A stretch of 61,412 nucleotides of DNA, filler included, from Perkinsus olseni (GCA_013115125.1; 9 parts of 9 records of this genome joined end to end with filler, not necessarily neighbours in it), one strand, 5' to 3'; numbered from the whole stretch's first letter, positions 1 to 13,738 are shown. Numbers and translations are program-made. The notes: generated by a model from the sequence alone, not told the origin.

Positions 1-69
<69 letters not shown>
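1..69. repeat. (TTG)n microsatellite at contig start
   Basis: Perfect triplet run. Similar runs end other contigs (6924-6993, 34146-34214, 47756-47826), as expected at assembly break points. Confidence 0.95.
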
Positions 70-3000
70 AGTGTAATACTGCACCAGCCCAGTCGGATAC
101 TCCCACTGCTGCAGCGCTGGCCAAGGGAACTCTACTCGGAGACGCGATTGGTGAAGCTTATCGGGGAAGTTATTCCGGAGGTGAGGCGAGAACAGTAAGA
201 TTTACACCTGGCTTCGCGAGTCGTAGTGACCGTCCGTCGCTGAGTTTTTCTGGGGAAAATTTGGTATCGATTTATATGAAAATCCGCGCCTCGCAGTGGA
301 GGGTTGACAAGAAGAATGGCGCAGGACGGTCGGAAGTGGTGGCGTCTTATCTCAGTATTGGACTGTGAACTGGTCTATCAAGCAAAGCCCTCCGCCTGAA
401 GAGACCGGTAACAGCGCTGAGGATGGCGGAGAGGAAGTTGAGGGAGAGAGTGATGATGATGTGATGCAGGTCGACCCGTCAAGGGAAAGAGGTGGGCTCT
501 TGTATGATCGCTGTTCGGGTTCTTTTCGGGAAAATTTGTGACGGTAAATTTATGAAAAAAAATTATGAATTTGTAAATTCACGCGGTGAGAGAACTTTGA
601 GTGTAGTCTGGCCGATGGTGGAGCTTCATACGAATTTGGTTTTATTTGTGTTGCATTAGATTTTGGATTTTTCGTGGCGGTTTCCATTTTTACCGGAAAA
701 TAACTAGTATTTTTCTATTGAAGCGAAAATTTTGTAGAATCACATAATTAAGCGTTTCTCGTCGGCAGCGAGGCTCTCCTGTGATTCCGTACTTTCTCAA
801 CTTCGCTACGATCGTTGTTGGATCTTAGAGCACTACGTTCCCCTGCTGCTCGCCCTCCGCTACCTCTACACTCGGTCCTCGGACTTGGGCAACCTCCTCG
901 CCGTGGACTTACGCCTGGGCGACACAGCAGCGATCTTCAAGTGAGAAGAAGCAGCCTTAGCGCGTTTGGAAACAGTTTTCAATTTTCAGTATAATATCGG
1001 ACTCGAGTAAACTACAATCATCGACGGCAGTCCGGCAGTGGGTGGCTCGCCATCTGCTGACGCTCTTCCGAACGAACCCTCTGGCGACATGTGCGGTGCT
1101 TTCGGAAAACATGGTGAGGAAATTTCGCGCGCCACGAAATTGTGGAAAATTTATTGGTCAGGCTTTGTTCCCGGTGGGCTCTGTGGTGGCGACGCTTGAT
1201 GGAGAGTCGAGGCTTCTGCAATGCTACCTGAAGTACTTGTTGGTCCCCAAGGGCCAACCTGCAGTGTGTAAGGGGCGCAGGTTCGATCCCTGGCAGGGGT
1301 ATTTTTCTTTCATTTTTCCAGGTATGCCGTATTTGAACCGAATGGTTGATTTATTTCTGGAATTCGAGCCGGAAAGTTTGATTAAATTGTTACGTGAAAT
1401 TGTGATCCTCGGCTGCAACTTCGATACGGCCAGCCACCCATCGGGATCTTATGTGGATCTGAAGAAGGTTTTGCAGAAATGTGAGTATCTTAGGTTGATC
1501 CGTGGAAGATACAAAGTAGGTTAGGTAATGCTCATCCCCAAGCAAACCATTGCCTTCGAGAAAGCCGAGCGTTTTTGTTGTGGCATCTTGGACGGACGCA
1601 AGAGGCACTCTCAGTCCTTCTCGACGAGTCAGTCGGAGATCTGTAAGTGGGCAGGGGAAGGATCTTTAGGGATTCTGTGATAGACCGGAGTCGACCTAAG
1701 ATTCCTCCTCAGGCTGTTTCATTCCTGCTTCCTAATTTTTCGCAATTCATCCTCTTTCAATCGTTGCGCAGAGGCGTAGAAAAATTTTCGCATCAAATTA
1801 TGCACGTAGCTGTATGCCAATCGGGTTTGACTATTCTTCACTTTCAGGGCGCTCGCCGTTGACTTCATAGCTCCTCTGAAGGACGTCGGGTTGTGGCGAC
1901 GGGTGGCCGATTTTGCTTTGGAGCACCCCGGTCTGCTGCCCCAGCTCATCCACGCGGTTGAGTATCATATTGAAAGTGAAGGCACCGACACTGTTCCTGT
2001 GGAGGCCAGGTAGGGGGGAAGGGGGATATTTGAAAATTGCGTAAGATGGGATGGGTTGATTTTATGTCTTTTTTGCGATTTTCCTTGCGTTGTGGGAGTT
2101 GGTCGTGGGTGGCGGACGAGCGAGTTGTGGAGCGGATGATGGCTTTGGGCCTGTTGAGAATCCAGCGCAGGAGTAACACGTTCGAGAGTGTAGATCGTTG
2201 GAGATGTGAAATCGTGTGTTATGTAATACATAAGGTATTCCGGCATTTCAGGCCGGCACAGATCCTCAGGAGAGTCCCTCAGGACTTTCTCGGCTGGCAT
2301 GAACTTGCGGAAAATGTGGTATCAGCGTTGTCACGATGCGAGCTAGAGGTGAGCGGTGCCGCTGAAAGATAGTCTGTCGAGTCCATAGCGGATACTCGAG
2401 AGCTCCTAGAACTGAATTCGATCGGTTATAAAAATCCTCGGCGCCTGAACGAAGCGGTTGTCGTTACCAGATAGGTGGACTTGCAACGGGCTCGATCGAG
2501 CGCGACTGAGCAACGTCCGGGGGGTCCCCCCGGGGGGGATTCTCTCGGATCTATTTAGTGCTGCCCGAAAGTGCTGTTGTATCAGGTCACGTTGCTATCC
2601 TCGGATAAAGATCTGCTGCGTGCGGAGTTGGGCACTTTAAGTGACAAGAGCCGTCGACGGGCACTCGGAGGAGTGCCGTTGCACTACGATCAGAACACTT
2701 CTCGATGTAAGTCTGGTCGTACGAGACGAGATTAACTTCTTTTCGTATGAGACAAAATTATCTTTTTTTTCGTATGAGACAAGCTCAGTCAGAGGAGCTC
2801 TCTCTTGCGTAGCCTAGGTCAGAGCGATTTCAACAGCGTGGAATATTACGAAATGTCTGTTCGTCCGATGCCCTCGACGAAAAGTGTCAGGTTCGATCTG
2901 CAAGCGTTTGTTGCGGGAGCGTGTTGAAGCGCTGTCGCTGGAGAGAAGTCCAGAAGAGGGTTCATTGGCAACTGACGATCATGAATGCCCCATGGACTCC

Positions 3001-4083
3001 GGGGTGAGAACGGAGATCGTCTCCTCATCGATAGTCGTGTCTCGCTGCCAGGCTCTTTGCGTCGACGTTGACGGTCGACTGGCTCATGCAGTGTGCGCTA
3101 GAGAGACCGAGGAGTTCGAGGATTCGTGAGACCACTGCAGGTGTTTCACTGGGTTCGGCTGATGATTCAAACATTTTGTGACACTTGTAACCATTTTGTG
3201 TGTTTCTGCTTGTTTAAATGGATCGCGTTTTGCAGAGTAAAGCGACGAACCTTGAGCCAGGGTGACTAGCTTGGTAACCGAGTAACGCTTGAATTCTTGC
3301 GTTCTTGCTATTCCTCCACGACGGGGAAGTCATCCGGAGATCGGGAAGGCCAGTGGCCTGACGGTGACTGAGGAGATACCGTCGCACTGTCTACTTGACA
3401 CAACCTGTACACTGCTCATACGGGCTTTGCATTATCAACTCCCATTCTATCAAGTAAACATTCTATCTGCCTACCTACCCTTTTTTAACAATGTAGAATG
3501 CATTGGGAATGTAGTGGAAGAAGGCAACAAGGCTTGTAATCAATAATACTAAAATTCGGCGGTAGAGCCGAGATGAGGAGATCAAGAGATTGGAGATGAG
3601 GAGATCAAGTTGGCGGAGGCCGGTTTAGCACCGAGCCTCGAACCGCGGAGCGAGCGAAGCGAAAGGAGCATATACAGCATTACAGGTCACGGTCACTCGT
3701 GGCGTGCGTCCGCACGGTAGGGCGACCTGTGCATTAACTGATCGTAAAACCCATGGTAGGGGAGTTTGGGAAGGGGATAGCACTCAATGCTCGAATGCTT
3801 GTTATCCGATCCATGGTCGAGGCATTGGTGCTGTGACAGCACTGCTGTCCATGTCTTACGATAGTGTCACACCGTTATTGCGGTTGAGTTGGTGAATCAA
3901 GTTTACGGTGAACTGTTCACCATCGTTAGACATCTCCCCGTCCTTACCACACTCTTCCGAGCGGCGTTCGATGCGTCCATCTCAGCCCTGATATAGAATA
4001 AGCAACACAAGGATCATCACTTCAAAATGGCAAAACTCCGTCACACACAGTACAACTTCAGCGGCGGGATGTCGCGCGGGTAC

Positions 4084-5125
4084 TCAATGCACTGCTCTCA
4101 TCATTCGCTCAGCGTAAGTCGGCGACGCTGAGCGAATGGTGAGAGCAGGGTTGCGGCCTACTCCTCCTATAGATCTCACGCAACATACGTGTGTCGACCC
4201 ATCTTCCATACTCGGCTATCTGGACGTCGTCGAAGCCGGTGTCATGCAGCAGCAACACCACCCCCTGCGCATGCTATGCGTGGTGCAACCCTCCTGGAGG
4301 TCCGTTGTTAGACTGATGAGGGCTTTGATGTCGTCAGTGACGACTCGTCACAAAGCTGATCGCATGTCGAAGCTTTGAAAAGAGGTGCGTACGGAGCTGA
4401 ATCATCCGCGTCGTCGAGCAATAGCTGAGCCGATGGATAGCCTATCCATCGGCCTATCATAAGACAGGAAAGGACACCATGGGTCGCTACGTCTCCTCAG
4501 CGTAGTCGCCGGCGAACATGCACATCCCACGTGGAGCAGAGAACCAGCCCGCCCGGGGTCAGTCTTGCTCCATTTGATCCGAATAAGCAACGACATGCCA
4601 TTCGGCGCAAATCTCACATCATCCCGTCGGAGCTCAGCTACCTCGCGAATCCTCAGTAGAGCGGAGACCCTTAGGAGTAGAGCTATTGTGCTGAGACGCC
4701 TCCCAGAAGGCGGGATGGTGTAGGAGATTCTGCGGAGGTGAGCTGCGGTCATTGTGCAGGCCCGCTTTACGGGCGTCTTCCCTCTTACTCTGACAGTCGC
4801 TGCTCGCACCATCCGTAGGATTTCGGCTTTTTGTATAGTGAAAGGCCGGGCAGGCGGATGCATCTTGTTCAGCGTGAGAAGCACACTTATGTACTGCAGA
4901 ATTGTTGAGGTCTTGTAGGGCTTCTCCGGACGTTCGCACCTTACGTCAACAAGGTAAGCAGCATATCTCGCCAACATCAGCATATCGAGTGGGAAGGGGT
5001 CGCACACGGAATATCGATCTTCATCATCTGCCACAAACCGCCCGTACCCGCGTCTCACAGAGTCGTACGACGTGTTCGTTGACGCCGCTTGAGAGTGGGC
5101 TAGCAGTAGGATAGCGTCTTTTTCA
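4084..5125 (-). pseudogene. Tyrosine recombinase of a DIRS/Ngaro-type retrotransposon, frameshifted
   Basis: ORF 4402..5058 has LLRIREVAEL (catalytic Arg box) and KWSKTD (catalytic Lys). Other frames downstream read THSMRRG (HxxR, ~4262-4283) and EYGRWVDTRMLREIY (GRW...Y). Colinear with the C9 YR. Confidence 0.88.
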
Positions 5126-5525
5126 CCCTATCTACGGCTCTCACAGGTAGCCACAGGTTGAGCAGCCTTCTCCCTGCGACTGCAATCGCGATGACAGATT
5201 TGACCGTACCGGGGGCCCCCGGTATGCGACCCTTTCGGCATTGGACCCCCAGCGGGGGGTTTGGTCGCTCACGATCGAGTGGAAATGTAGCGTACTTCCA
5301 GCATTCGCTGGCAGCTACCCACGCAGGCGGAGGCATTGAGAGTGGCAGCTTACTAGTGATTTCAGGTAAGTAAAACGAGCTGTAAGCGGCAGCCGTATGT
5401 GACCCCCCCTGCGAAGTTCGAGGTGCGTAAGAATAGGCTCAACGCAACCATCCAATGGTGTCAGAAACAGAGCAAGGTACACTCAGGGAACACGGAATGC
5501 TCCCGTCTCGGCTTCGAGCTGCTGC

Positions 5526-5770
5526 CTACGGCTCCTCACAGTATATCATCTTCGGGTGGGTTATTACCGTCTGCATATCAATCTGGCTCATGCTCGCTCC
5601 ATTCAGATACTCTTCAAACTGCCGCAGACTCTGCCTCGACAAGCTATCGGCCAACCAATTGTCATGCGTGGGCAAATGATACACCCAGAGTCCTCAGCTG
5701 TACCCCCCCCCCGGCCTTGGCGAGGCTCCTGAGTAGCCTATTCATTTTCGGTGCCTTGGCGGACAGCTTG
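5526..5770 (-). pseudogene. RNase H C-terminal remnant of the same YR retrotransposon (5'-truncated)
   Basis: Minus strand reads KLSAKAPKMNRLLRSL, shifts frame at a G run, then HLPTHDNWLADSLSR. This matches the retroelement RNase H H-x-P-x3-N-x2-AD-x-LSR motif and lies upstream of the YR. Confidence 0.75.
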
Positions 5771-6823
5771 TGACGATAACCGAGACATCAGACTCGTGAG
5801 GAGCCCTGCCAAGTCTAGACTTCCATCCCAAGAGGAAACTTGCTGGACTCGGACTTCCGGAGACTGGAACCCTTTGGATGCAAATCGCTGGCCTCTGTTC
5901 GCTCAACTCTTCTCGCAGAACCACGCGGAAGAAGTCTAAGTCAAATTTTAGAAATGTTCAGCCTTTCAAGCGGAACAAAATGATATACGCCTCATTGTCT
6001 AACTCTTAGTGGTTGCCGAGTTCGTCTCGATCGAAAAATCTACGTGCAAAACACAGAGTTGACGGCTATCCCACTCTAGTATGTAATACGGGCAACTTAA
6101 CATGATAGACACTCTCAAAGCAATGATAGGGTTTAGTAGAATGCATCATCATCAGCAAGCCTACTCCGAGTCCTGGGTTCTTGGAATGTCGATACTGGAG
6201 CTGTGGTAGTACCGTCTGTGAGTTGTAGGTGACTCCGAGATGTTGTTGTTGCAGCCCACCAGTTTGTGTGATGCATCGGATCATCCTTGTAGTTGCCTTT
6301 TCTGTTGTTGACGACGAGATTCAATACTCTCTTCCGTTACAGATCAGGCAGCTATTCCTCTTTCTGTAAGAGCTCTGAGACTGTTAGACAGGTGATGGAG
6401 AAATACATGATGGGCTTCCTATAGAGGGGTATCAACTTCGGCGGAGCTGATTGTGTAAACTGATTCTCCCGTTCTTGCATTATGATGTAGTACACTTCGA
6501 CAACCAAAAACTCCTCTATAGAGCTCACAACGACTATGGACAACAACATGATAGAGCTTTCCCTCATGAGGATAAAAAATATCATGATAAACTCACTAGG
6601 CCTTCGTAACGAAAAAAGCGGAGCTCGGGACGAAGTCTCGGGTTCGAACCCCAGCCCGGGCTCTTTTCCGTATTTTTTCGGGTTCATCTACAACGGTCCA
6701 CGACGGCTTTGCTTGGTAGAACAGGGATGAGAGCGATTTCGTATTTGTTATAGAATATACAAACCGCGTGCTTTCGAATGGTATGTGTCTCGCGAGTTGA
6801 ATCGACATAGTCGTGGAGAAATA

Positions 6824-6923
6824 NNNNNNNNNNNNNNNNNNNNNNNNNNNNNNNNNNNNNNNNNNNNTTAATTAATTAANNNNNNNNNNNNNNNNNNNNN
6901 NNNNNNNNNNNNNNNNNNNNNNN
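6824..6923. other. Artificial contig linker N44-TTAATTAATTAA-N44
   Basis: Identical 100-bp six-frame-stop spacer also at 13739-13838, 20582-20681, 27399-27498, 34215-34314, 41028-41127, 47827-47926 and 54626-54725. Confidence 0.99.
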
Positions 6924-6924
6924 G

Positions 6925-6992
<68 letters not shown>

Positions 6993-7001
6993 GCTTTTAT
7001 C

Positions 7002-9089
7002 ATGTCTTCGTCTTCGTCGTCACCTCCTCCTCCTCCTCCTCCTCCTCCTGATGGTAATGATTCTGATGTTAACAACAGGATAGACCGGTTGGAGTCCTCC
7101 ATGAGCCGTCTGGAGGGGATGCTATCCATGTTCATACAGGGCATACAACAACAGCCCCCACCCCCACCAGTGCCAGGAGAGAAAGAGAAGGACAAGGCTG
7201 CTACAACGACAACGACAACGACAACATCGTCATCTGTCAACGCCAGTGAACCATCCGGCGGTGTACAACGGCCGTGCTTGGCAGCAGAGGGACATGCTAA
7301 CGATCGGGCCGGGATGGTAGTATGGGAGCTGGGCATAGCCTCCGTATCGCGCGATCAACGATCGTTGATATTCGATCATGTTACCACTCATCTCTGGATT
7401 GCTCGTTAGCGTGGTCTTTACATCTCTAGGTTGCCCCTGACTCACCGCCTCGTACGCCTTCAAAAGGTATCCCTGCATCCCTGCCTGATAGTGCTAGTAC
7501 TCCCCGGAGGAGCACTCCCGCTGCGAAGAGAAGTCCTACCCGCCGAAAGCGGAAGACAATAGGATCAACAATACAGGAGAGTGAGGGCGACCAGCGTATG
7601 GCTAAGCGGAAGCGATCTGGGAAGCCGGTCGCAGCTGATATCATCACAACGGAAGCGTCAGATGCTGTGGACACAGGTCATAAGGGAAAAGGGGGCAGGG
7701 TAACGAAATCGGTGACCTCGTAAAACTTCAGGCATTGGTACCTCGTCCACCCAAGCTGTGACAGACCATAATTGTTGTGGTAGCAACAGCGGTACTGCAG
7801 AGCTGCCGCATGGAGGCCAATCTACTGATGTAATTATCATCACGGACTGTGTAGAATGTGTGATGGTGTACTGCTGGTCAGGTAGTAGCGGTAGTAGGGT
7901 ATGAGTCTACCAACACTGTACCGAATGGGGTCTATACACCGGTAGTGGTCCCACCTGGCAGTGGTCAGGAGGAGGAGGATAGCACCTCTATGCTGCCCAT
8001 CCAGTGGCCCGATACTCTCCAAGACGCTGCCGTTGCCGTCAGGGCCTCCACCACTAAGTTGACGGACACGAAGGAGGAGAACATCCCACCTGCAGTGTCA
8101 CCATCATCACCATGGTTAACATGGGAGGAGGTCATTGGTCTCAACTTGAAAGAGGAGGAGGAGGAGTCTGGTGGCATCAATACTGTCACGGCAGAGGTGG
8201 TTCCTGATGATAACAAGCCTGATACATCACAGCTTTCGAGCAGTAAGCCCATCCCTGCCAGTGTCACCGAGGGAGATGACCGAAAGGGGCCAGAGGATGA
8301 GGAGGAAGAAGAGGAGTCTGGGGGCAATCTTTTCCCTGACGAATCTGACTCATCTCCAGTAGTAGCAGCACCAGTAGAGCCCACCCAGCCCGCCTCCGCC
8401 GCACCATCCACACAACCAACCTCGCCTGCTCTCAACGCCAAAGAGAAGAAAAGAGAGTGGTTCCAGGCGCTCTACAGCAATGATGGTAGTAGTAATACAG
8501 GCGAGGGTTGAGCTCGAGAATCAAGTTCAGGTGCTAAGGCTGCTCCTTGTCGGTATTATGCCCAGGGGAGATGTACTAAGGGTGACGCCTGTCCGTACAG
8601 CCACGATGATGCTGCCGCTGCCAAGCTCAGGAAGGCCCATCATGACGCTCTAGCCGCTATACCGTGCAAATTTCACGTGGTCCTAGGGCACGGCTGTAGG
8701 GAGGGCGATGCCTGCCGTTATTCACATCAAGTGGAGCGCTTCCCTTGTAAGTGGAGGTCCCAGCGTTCATTGGACCGATCACCATCTACTCAGGCGTGCG
8801 GCAGTCCATCACCGGCCATTGTGGTGGTGGACCCTCTCAATGCCCGATGCTGCACTACCCCGTGGCTGTTAGGCAGACGGAGGCCTTCAAGATGTGGGTT
8901 GTGGAATTATACTCAGGCTTCATGAAGGAGAGGATAGAGGGAGGAGACCAACGCGTTACATCTTTATGGTCTACATATTTCACTGATACCATTATGTCTG
9001 ACCCTTCTCTGCATCGTAACTTTGATCACATCAACACCTACATTGCCGAAAGGGCAACCTCTTCTGTTGCCGCCAACAAAACGACGTAG
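7002..9089 (+). CDS. Multi-exon CCCH zinc-finger (putative RNA-binding) protein with long Pro/Ser/Glu-rich N-terminus
   Basis: CRYYAQGRCTKGDACPYSH (~8548-8604), CKFHVVLGHGCREGDACRYSH (~8665-8727) and a third finger split by an intron (FPCK..TGHCGGGPSQCPMLH). Exon boundaries are approximate. Confidence 0.78.
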
Positions 9090-9290
9090 TTGTTGACTCA
9101 CTGTCCACTTCCTTCATGGCGGAGTATCTTACGTTGACTAGTGTTCATGATACAAGACTTGCTTTATATCATTCTTTTCACCATTTTATACCTCCTCGAT
9201 GCTGTTGCGTTGGTAGCAGTGCTGCAGACCTAGTGCGTGGGGTTCCTATATTCTGTATGTTGTTGTCGTTGAGGTGGGTGATCATAGTGA

Positions 9291-11589
9291 ATGGTAGTAC
9301 CTACACCCTCGCCGACTGCTGTAGCCACCGACGCTACCGGAGGTAGTACCGATGTGGCCCCTGCCAAGCGGCCGAGGATATCCAAGGCCTTGGATAAGGT
9401 TAATAAGGCCATGGAGAAGAAGTGCCCTTATCTTGGTAGTACTGGTGAGGGAGGAGGAGGAGGAGGAGGAGGAGGAGGAGAGGGCCTACTTTACGACATC
9501 ATCATCATCAGGTACGGTGAATAGGAATATGTTGGACTTCGATTTCGAGAAGGTGTGCAGTGTTACCCTGTCCAATGAGAACGTGTATGCGTGTCTGGTA
9601 TGCGGTAAGTACTATACTGGTAGAGGACAAGGCACCTGTGCCTACACTCATGCGTTAGAGAAGAAACACTACGTATTTATTAATCTCAAGGATACTAGAG
9701 TGTAATACCACACCATTCACGCATCCTAGGAGAACTGTGGTGTAGATACTGTATTCCAGATGGTTATGAGATCATCGATGCCTCTCTTGATGATATACGG
9801 TATAACCTCAACCCAACCTTCACTAAGGACATGCTTAACAGTGCCGAGGATAAATGTAGTGCTCTGGGCGATGGCTACGTGGTGGTAAGCCAAGATGTAT
9901 TCCCTCAGCAACGGCTATTGGCTTCACTCTCGATGGACGACCCTTCCTACCGGGCTGTGTAGGGTTGAATACAATCAGTGGTGGTACCGACTATCTCAAT
10001 GTAGTAGTACAGATATTACAGCAGGTAATTATGGTGACACTTTCTATACCAAAACATTCGTAACTCGTCGATCAGGTAACGCCCTTGAGGAATGCATTAT
10101 TGACCAAGAAGCAGGACCTTGATGTCAGCCGAACTGGTGTTACCGAGGCCTTGGCTGAACTCTTCAGGAAGACTTATAATGCTAAGAACTTCAAGGTGAG
10201 TGCCGCCTCTCGGTATGCTGCCCTTGGCTCATCATCATCATCATCATCATCATCATCGCTGTTCTGTTAGGGTGTGGTGTCTCCCCACGAGTTCCTCCAA
10301 GTGGTGAGCCTGAAGAGTAAGAAGCACTTCTTCACATCGCAGGTAAGCAGGTCCTCATTGCCTACGGGCAACGTGAATTAATCCAAGCCGATAGTTCAGC
10401 ACTTTTCGAATGCCGCCCTTTTTGTTATCAGAGAGACCCAGCAGAGTTCCTCACATGGCTGCTCAATCATCTTCGACATCACAAGACAATCAATAAGATA
10501 TTTAAAGGTGAGCTAGGCGTCATGAGGCGTAGTACATAGTCCCATGTCGTTCAGGCGAGATCCTGGTTAAGACGTGTAAGAACCTCGACAGTCAGGCAGC
10601 TGGTGATGTGTGGGAGGAATCGACATCAGTAAGAGGGTTCACGTGAGTACTGGTCGCCACTCCTCCCCTTAGGACTTCCTTACCCTCACACTTGACCTTC
10701 CCGATGCTCCACTATTTAAGGACACTCAGGAGTTCATTCCTCAAGTAACCAGCGGCCTTCCCCCTTGCATCATACTCTCGCTGCCGTGCTCCTAGGTTCC
10801 AATGATCTCTTTACTGGACAAGTTCAATGGAGAGACAGTGGTCGAGGACCTCCTCCATCGACAGGTAAGCTGATTTCCGGTTAGACTTTGCATGATGCGC
10901 CTCCCTTTTCCAGTTGCGAAAGTACTCCATCAAGAGGCTGCCTCCTTACCTCATCTTCGTCACTAAGAGGTAGTAGCGAACACGAGTTTCCTACGTCACC
11001 GAGACTCCGTCTCCTGGCGACAGGTTCAAGAAGAATAACTTTACTGTGGAGAAGAATCCTACTCTAGTTCGCTTCCCCTTGAAGGGCCTCGACATGAAGG
11101 ACTGGATACATCCAACTTGGCATAATATTAATGAGCATACTAAGTACCATAACTTTGATTGCGGGTGGGGAAGGGTAGCACGACCCGTAGGTACGATCTC
11201 GTCGGCCTAGTGTCCCATTCTGGTCAGCCAGAAGCGGGCATGGGAGTCTACAAAGCGTACGTGTTGCATTCAAGTGAGTCATGAGTATCGCCTAATGGTC
11301 ATCAGTACACCCGATCAGAAACGAATCAATGGCAAGAAACACACGACCTGAATGTGGCGCCGATACTACCGCAGAGTGTTGCCCTTATGGAAACCTATAT
11401 ACAGGTATCTTGTAGTTCATAGTGGGTTTGAAATGATTTCTGTTGGCGTAGGTTTATCAGCGAGAGGATGTCCAGTCTGATGGTACGTTCACGGACAATA
11501 TCGTGTTGGCCAAGCGAGGCGAGGAAGAGGAGGATATCTTCGGCGGTAAGGGAGTCGTGCTTGAATATGTACTCTACTTGTGTCTGTGA
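9291..11589 (+). CDS. USP39: U4/U6.U5 tri-snRNP protein USP39/Sad1 (ZnF-UBP plus inactive UCH domain), many short introns
   Basis: CPYL|GTVNRNMLDFDFEKVCSVTLSNENVYACLVCGKYY, YCIPDGYEIIDASLDDI, PGCVGLN..DYLNVV (Asp at the catalytic Cys position), VSPHEFLQ, LDLPDAPLFKD, IPQV, KNNFTVEKNPT, YDLV, ETYIQ|VY. The 3' end is uncertain. Confidence 0.93.
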
Positions 11590-11861
11590 GTTTAAAGTCC
11601 AACGCCTACGGCAGTACGGCTTAGTTAGACAAGCACCACCGACATACCTTTCTGAGGGGGATTAGTTCAGCCTGTTAAATAGGCTCTGTTCATCAAGCCA
11701 AAGCACTGTACTCTACTTGTATTCTTCCTCAGGCACCGACGAGAATATGAAGGACCGAGACCTTGCCCTCGCCGGAATCGAAATCGGTTGAATCACGTTG
11801 TCAGTATTACAGAGTATTTTCCGATAAGATTAATATTGCGTGGAGTAACATCGGGTCCCCT

Positions 11862-13738
11862 TTATTTCTGTAAGTACTGCGATGTACGCCTGAAAATGAT
11901 CAAGGCAATGAACCAAAACGAACGTCCATCTACTGCGTATCGACTATCGTGATATGTATTCGTCGTGAGCCCAACGCTTACGCCGCCCGAGTTAGCTCTC
12001 CGGCTTTGAGGACCGCCCGTGATAGGTGGAGTAATGGGTACCACTGCTTGGTGGCCTTAACGGTATACGTATAAGAATCGTTAATCCGGTCTACTGCTGC
12101 TTCTTCTTCTTCTTCTTCTTCTTGGGTGAATCGCCTATTACGAACTCAATGCATGGTTATAGTCGGCTGAAGCTCGCAAATTATTATTATACGTCCAAGT
12201 GTGGCAAAATGGTATCAACACCTCTTCTGAAAACTGGGATTCATTCTTCTTTTTTGACACCGTCTTGTGGGATCATCCAAAAGGAACTGCACTCGTGTGC
12301 CTCGATCCCTGATAGTTTTCGAACTCCCTCAGGGAGTTACCGGTGCCTTAGTGGGCTCGGAGGACGTCTCGCCGCTCATCTGAGTCCCACTGTTGGCATC
12401 GTTGGGAGAGGATTGATCTTGTCCTGTATGGGGAACACAAGGTGAGCTTGAAAGGTTGGTGGATGGATGGTATCTTTTGAAGATTCCCGACAAGTGTGAG
12501 ATCCCGTGATATGAATGATGATGAGGAGCCCGCCGACGGCCCGGGTCTGTGATGGTGCGCGATACGAATGACCCGTGAACACCAGAGCGAATCCGACGGT
12601 TAATTCCTCAGAACTCGAAGTAGCTACGTCACATCCCAAAGATACGATCTCCCGTCATGGATGAGAAGAGCCTGGATAAGCATGTTTGTACTCTAGGAGC
12701 CCTGGGCGGCAAAACTCGATGCGGCAGTCCTCATTCTTTGCAACACAGCTTTTTTGCGCTTGAAGTCAGGTGAGAAATTATCGATGACTAGCTCTCATGC
12801 AACCCAACATCGCCTACTCTGATTCAACTGTTCCTTGTATTGAAGCGTTAGCGACAAGATCACAAATCAGCTCCTGAAGTAAATTACATCAGCCTCACGA
12901 CGTGTGACAGACTGACCAATACGGTAAAATACGGGCTTTTCCTCGCTAGATGGGACCACCAAATAATCGGATCACCAGAACAAGATCATCATAATAGTGA
13001 CCTAAATCATTCTAACCGAATCTTCATGGTTCTATCTAGTTTTCGGACACTCTAAAATCGGACCACTTCCACAACATCGGTTGGTACTCTTCACGGGACA
13101 TACTATCAACAGGAAGATCACCAATCTCTTCCGGACACTGATATAAATGTATGGTTCTCGGAAAGCTAATTGTCGAAGTAGCAGGAGGTCGACATTGGTT
13201 ACAGATATGACGACAGCGTAGAAGTTTACAAACCAAAAAACTCCCTTACCGTCTCGAGTTAAACTTCTTTCGTCACGGCCTTTCCTTCAAAAATTGTGAT
13301 CACTTTCTTATACTTGATGGCTAGACCGTTCTTAGTTCCGGAAATGTCCACCAGGGCTCTAGCACCATACGTCCAATTCTTGAGGCACAGCCCAGAGACT
13401 CCAACCGCGAGGCGTACATTGAGAGAGATATGATCCGAGGAGCCTTTTGCAGTTACATCAGTTGCGACCTGACTAAGTGGATGCGAACTCGACGTACTGA
13501 TAAAAGCGGTGACATTTCCATAGCCCAATGCCGACACCGTACCCATGGTAGGCACTGTCACCGTAGCAAGAAGTATACTTGCAATATCAACTTGTTTCCC
13601 GTAAAGAACACGGTAGCTTTTTTTCTTGAAGCAAGGCGGCACAGTATAGTCTAAATGAAGCTTCATATGTCCAGATCCCGAACTCCGATGGATCTGGAAG
13701 TTAGCGATCGCCCGAGATATCCGAAACGGCTGGCCGAC
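11862..13738 (-). CDS. Multi-exon hypothetical protein, 5'-truncated at contig end
   Basis: Successive minus-strand coding-like segments (13259..13666, 13036..13236, 12376..12639, 11862..12044) separated by intron-sized gaps. No recognisable domain. Confidence 0.4.

Noticed and set aside
1-69. (TTG)n as a telomere
   Set aside because: The same triplet occurs inside introns (e.g. 32575-32647). It is a microsatellite at an assembly break.
1042-3129. Short ORFs in the left part of C1
   Set aside because: No recognisable motifs or consistent gene model. One runs through a tRNA-like fragment.
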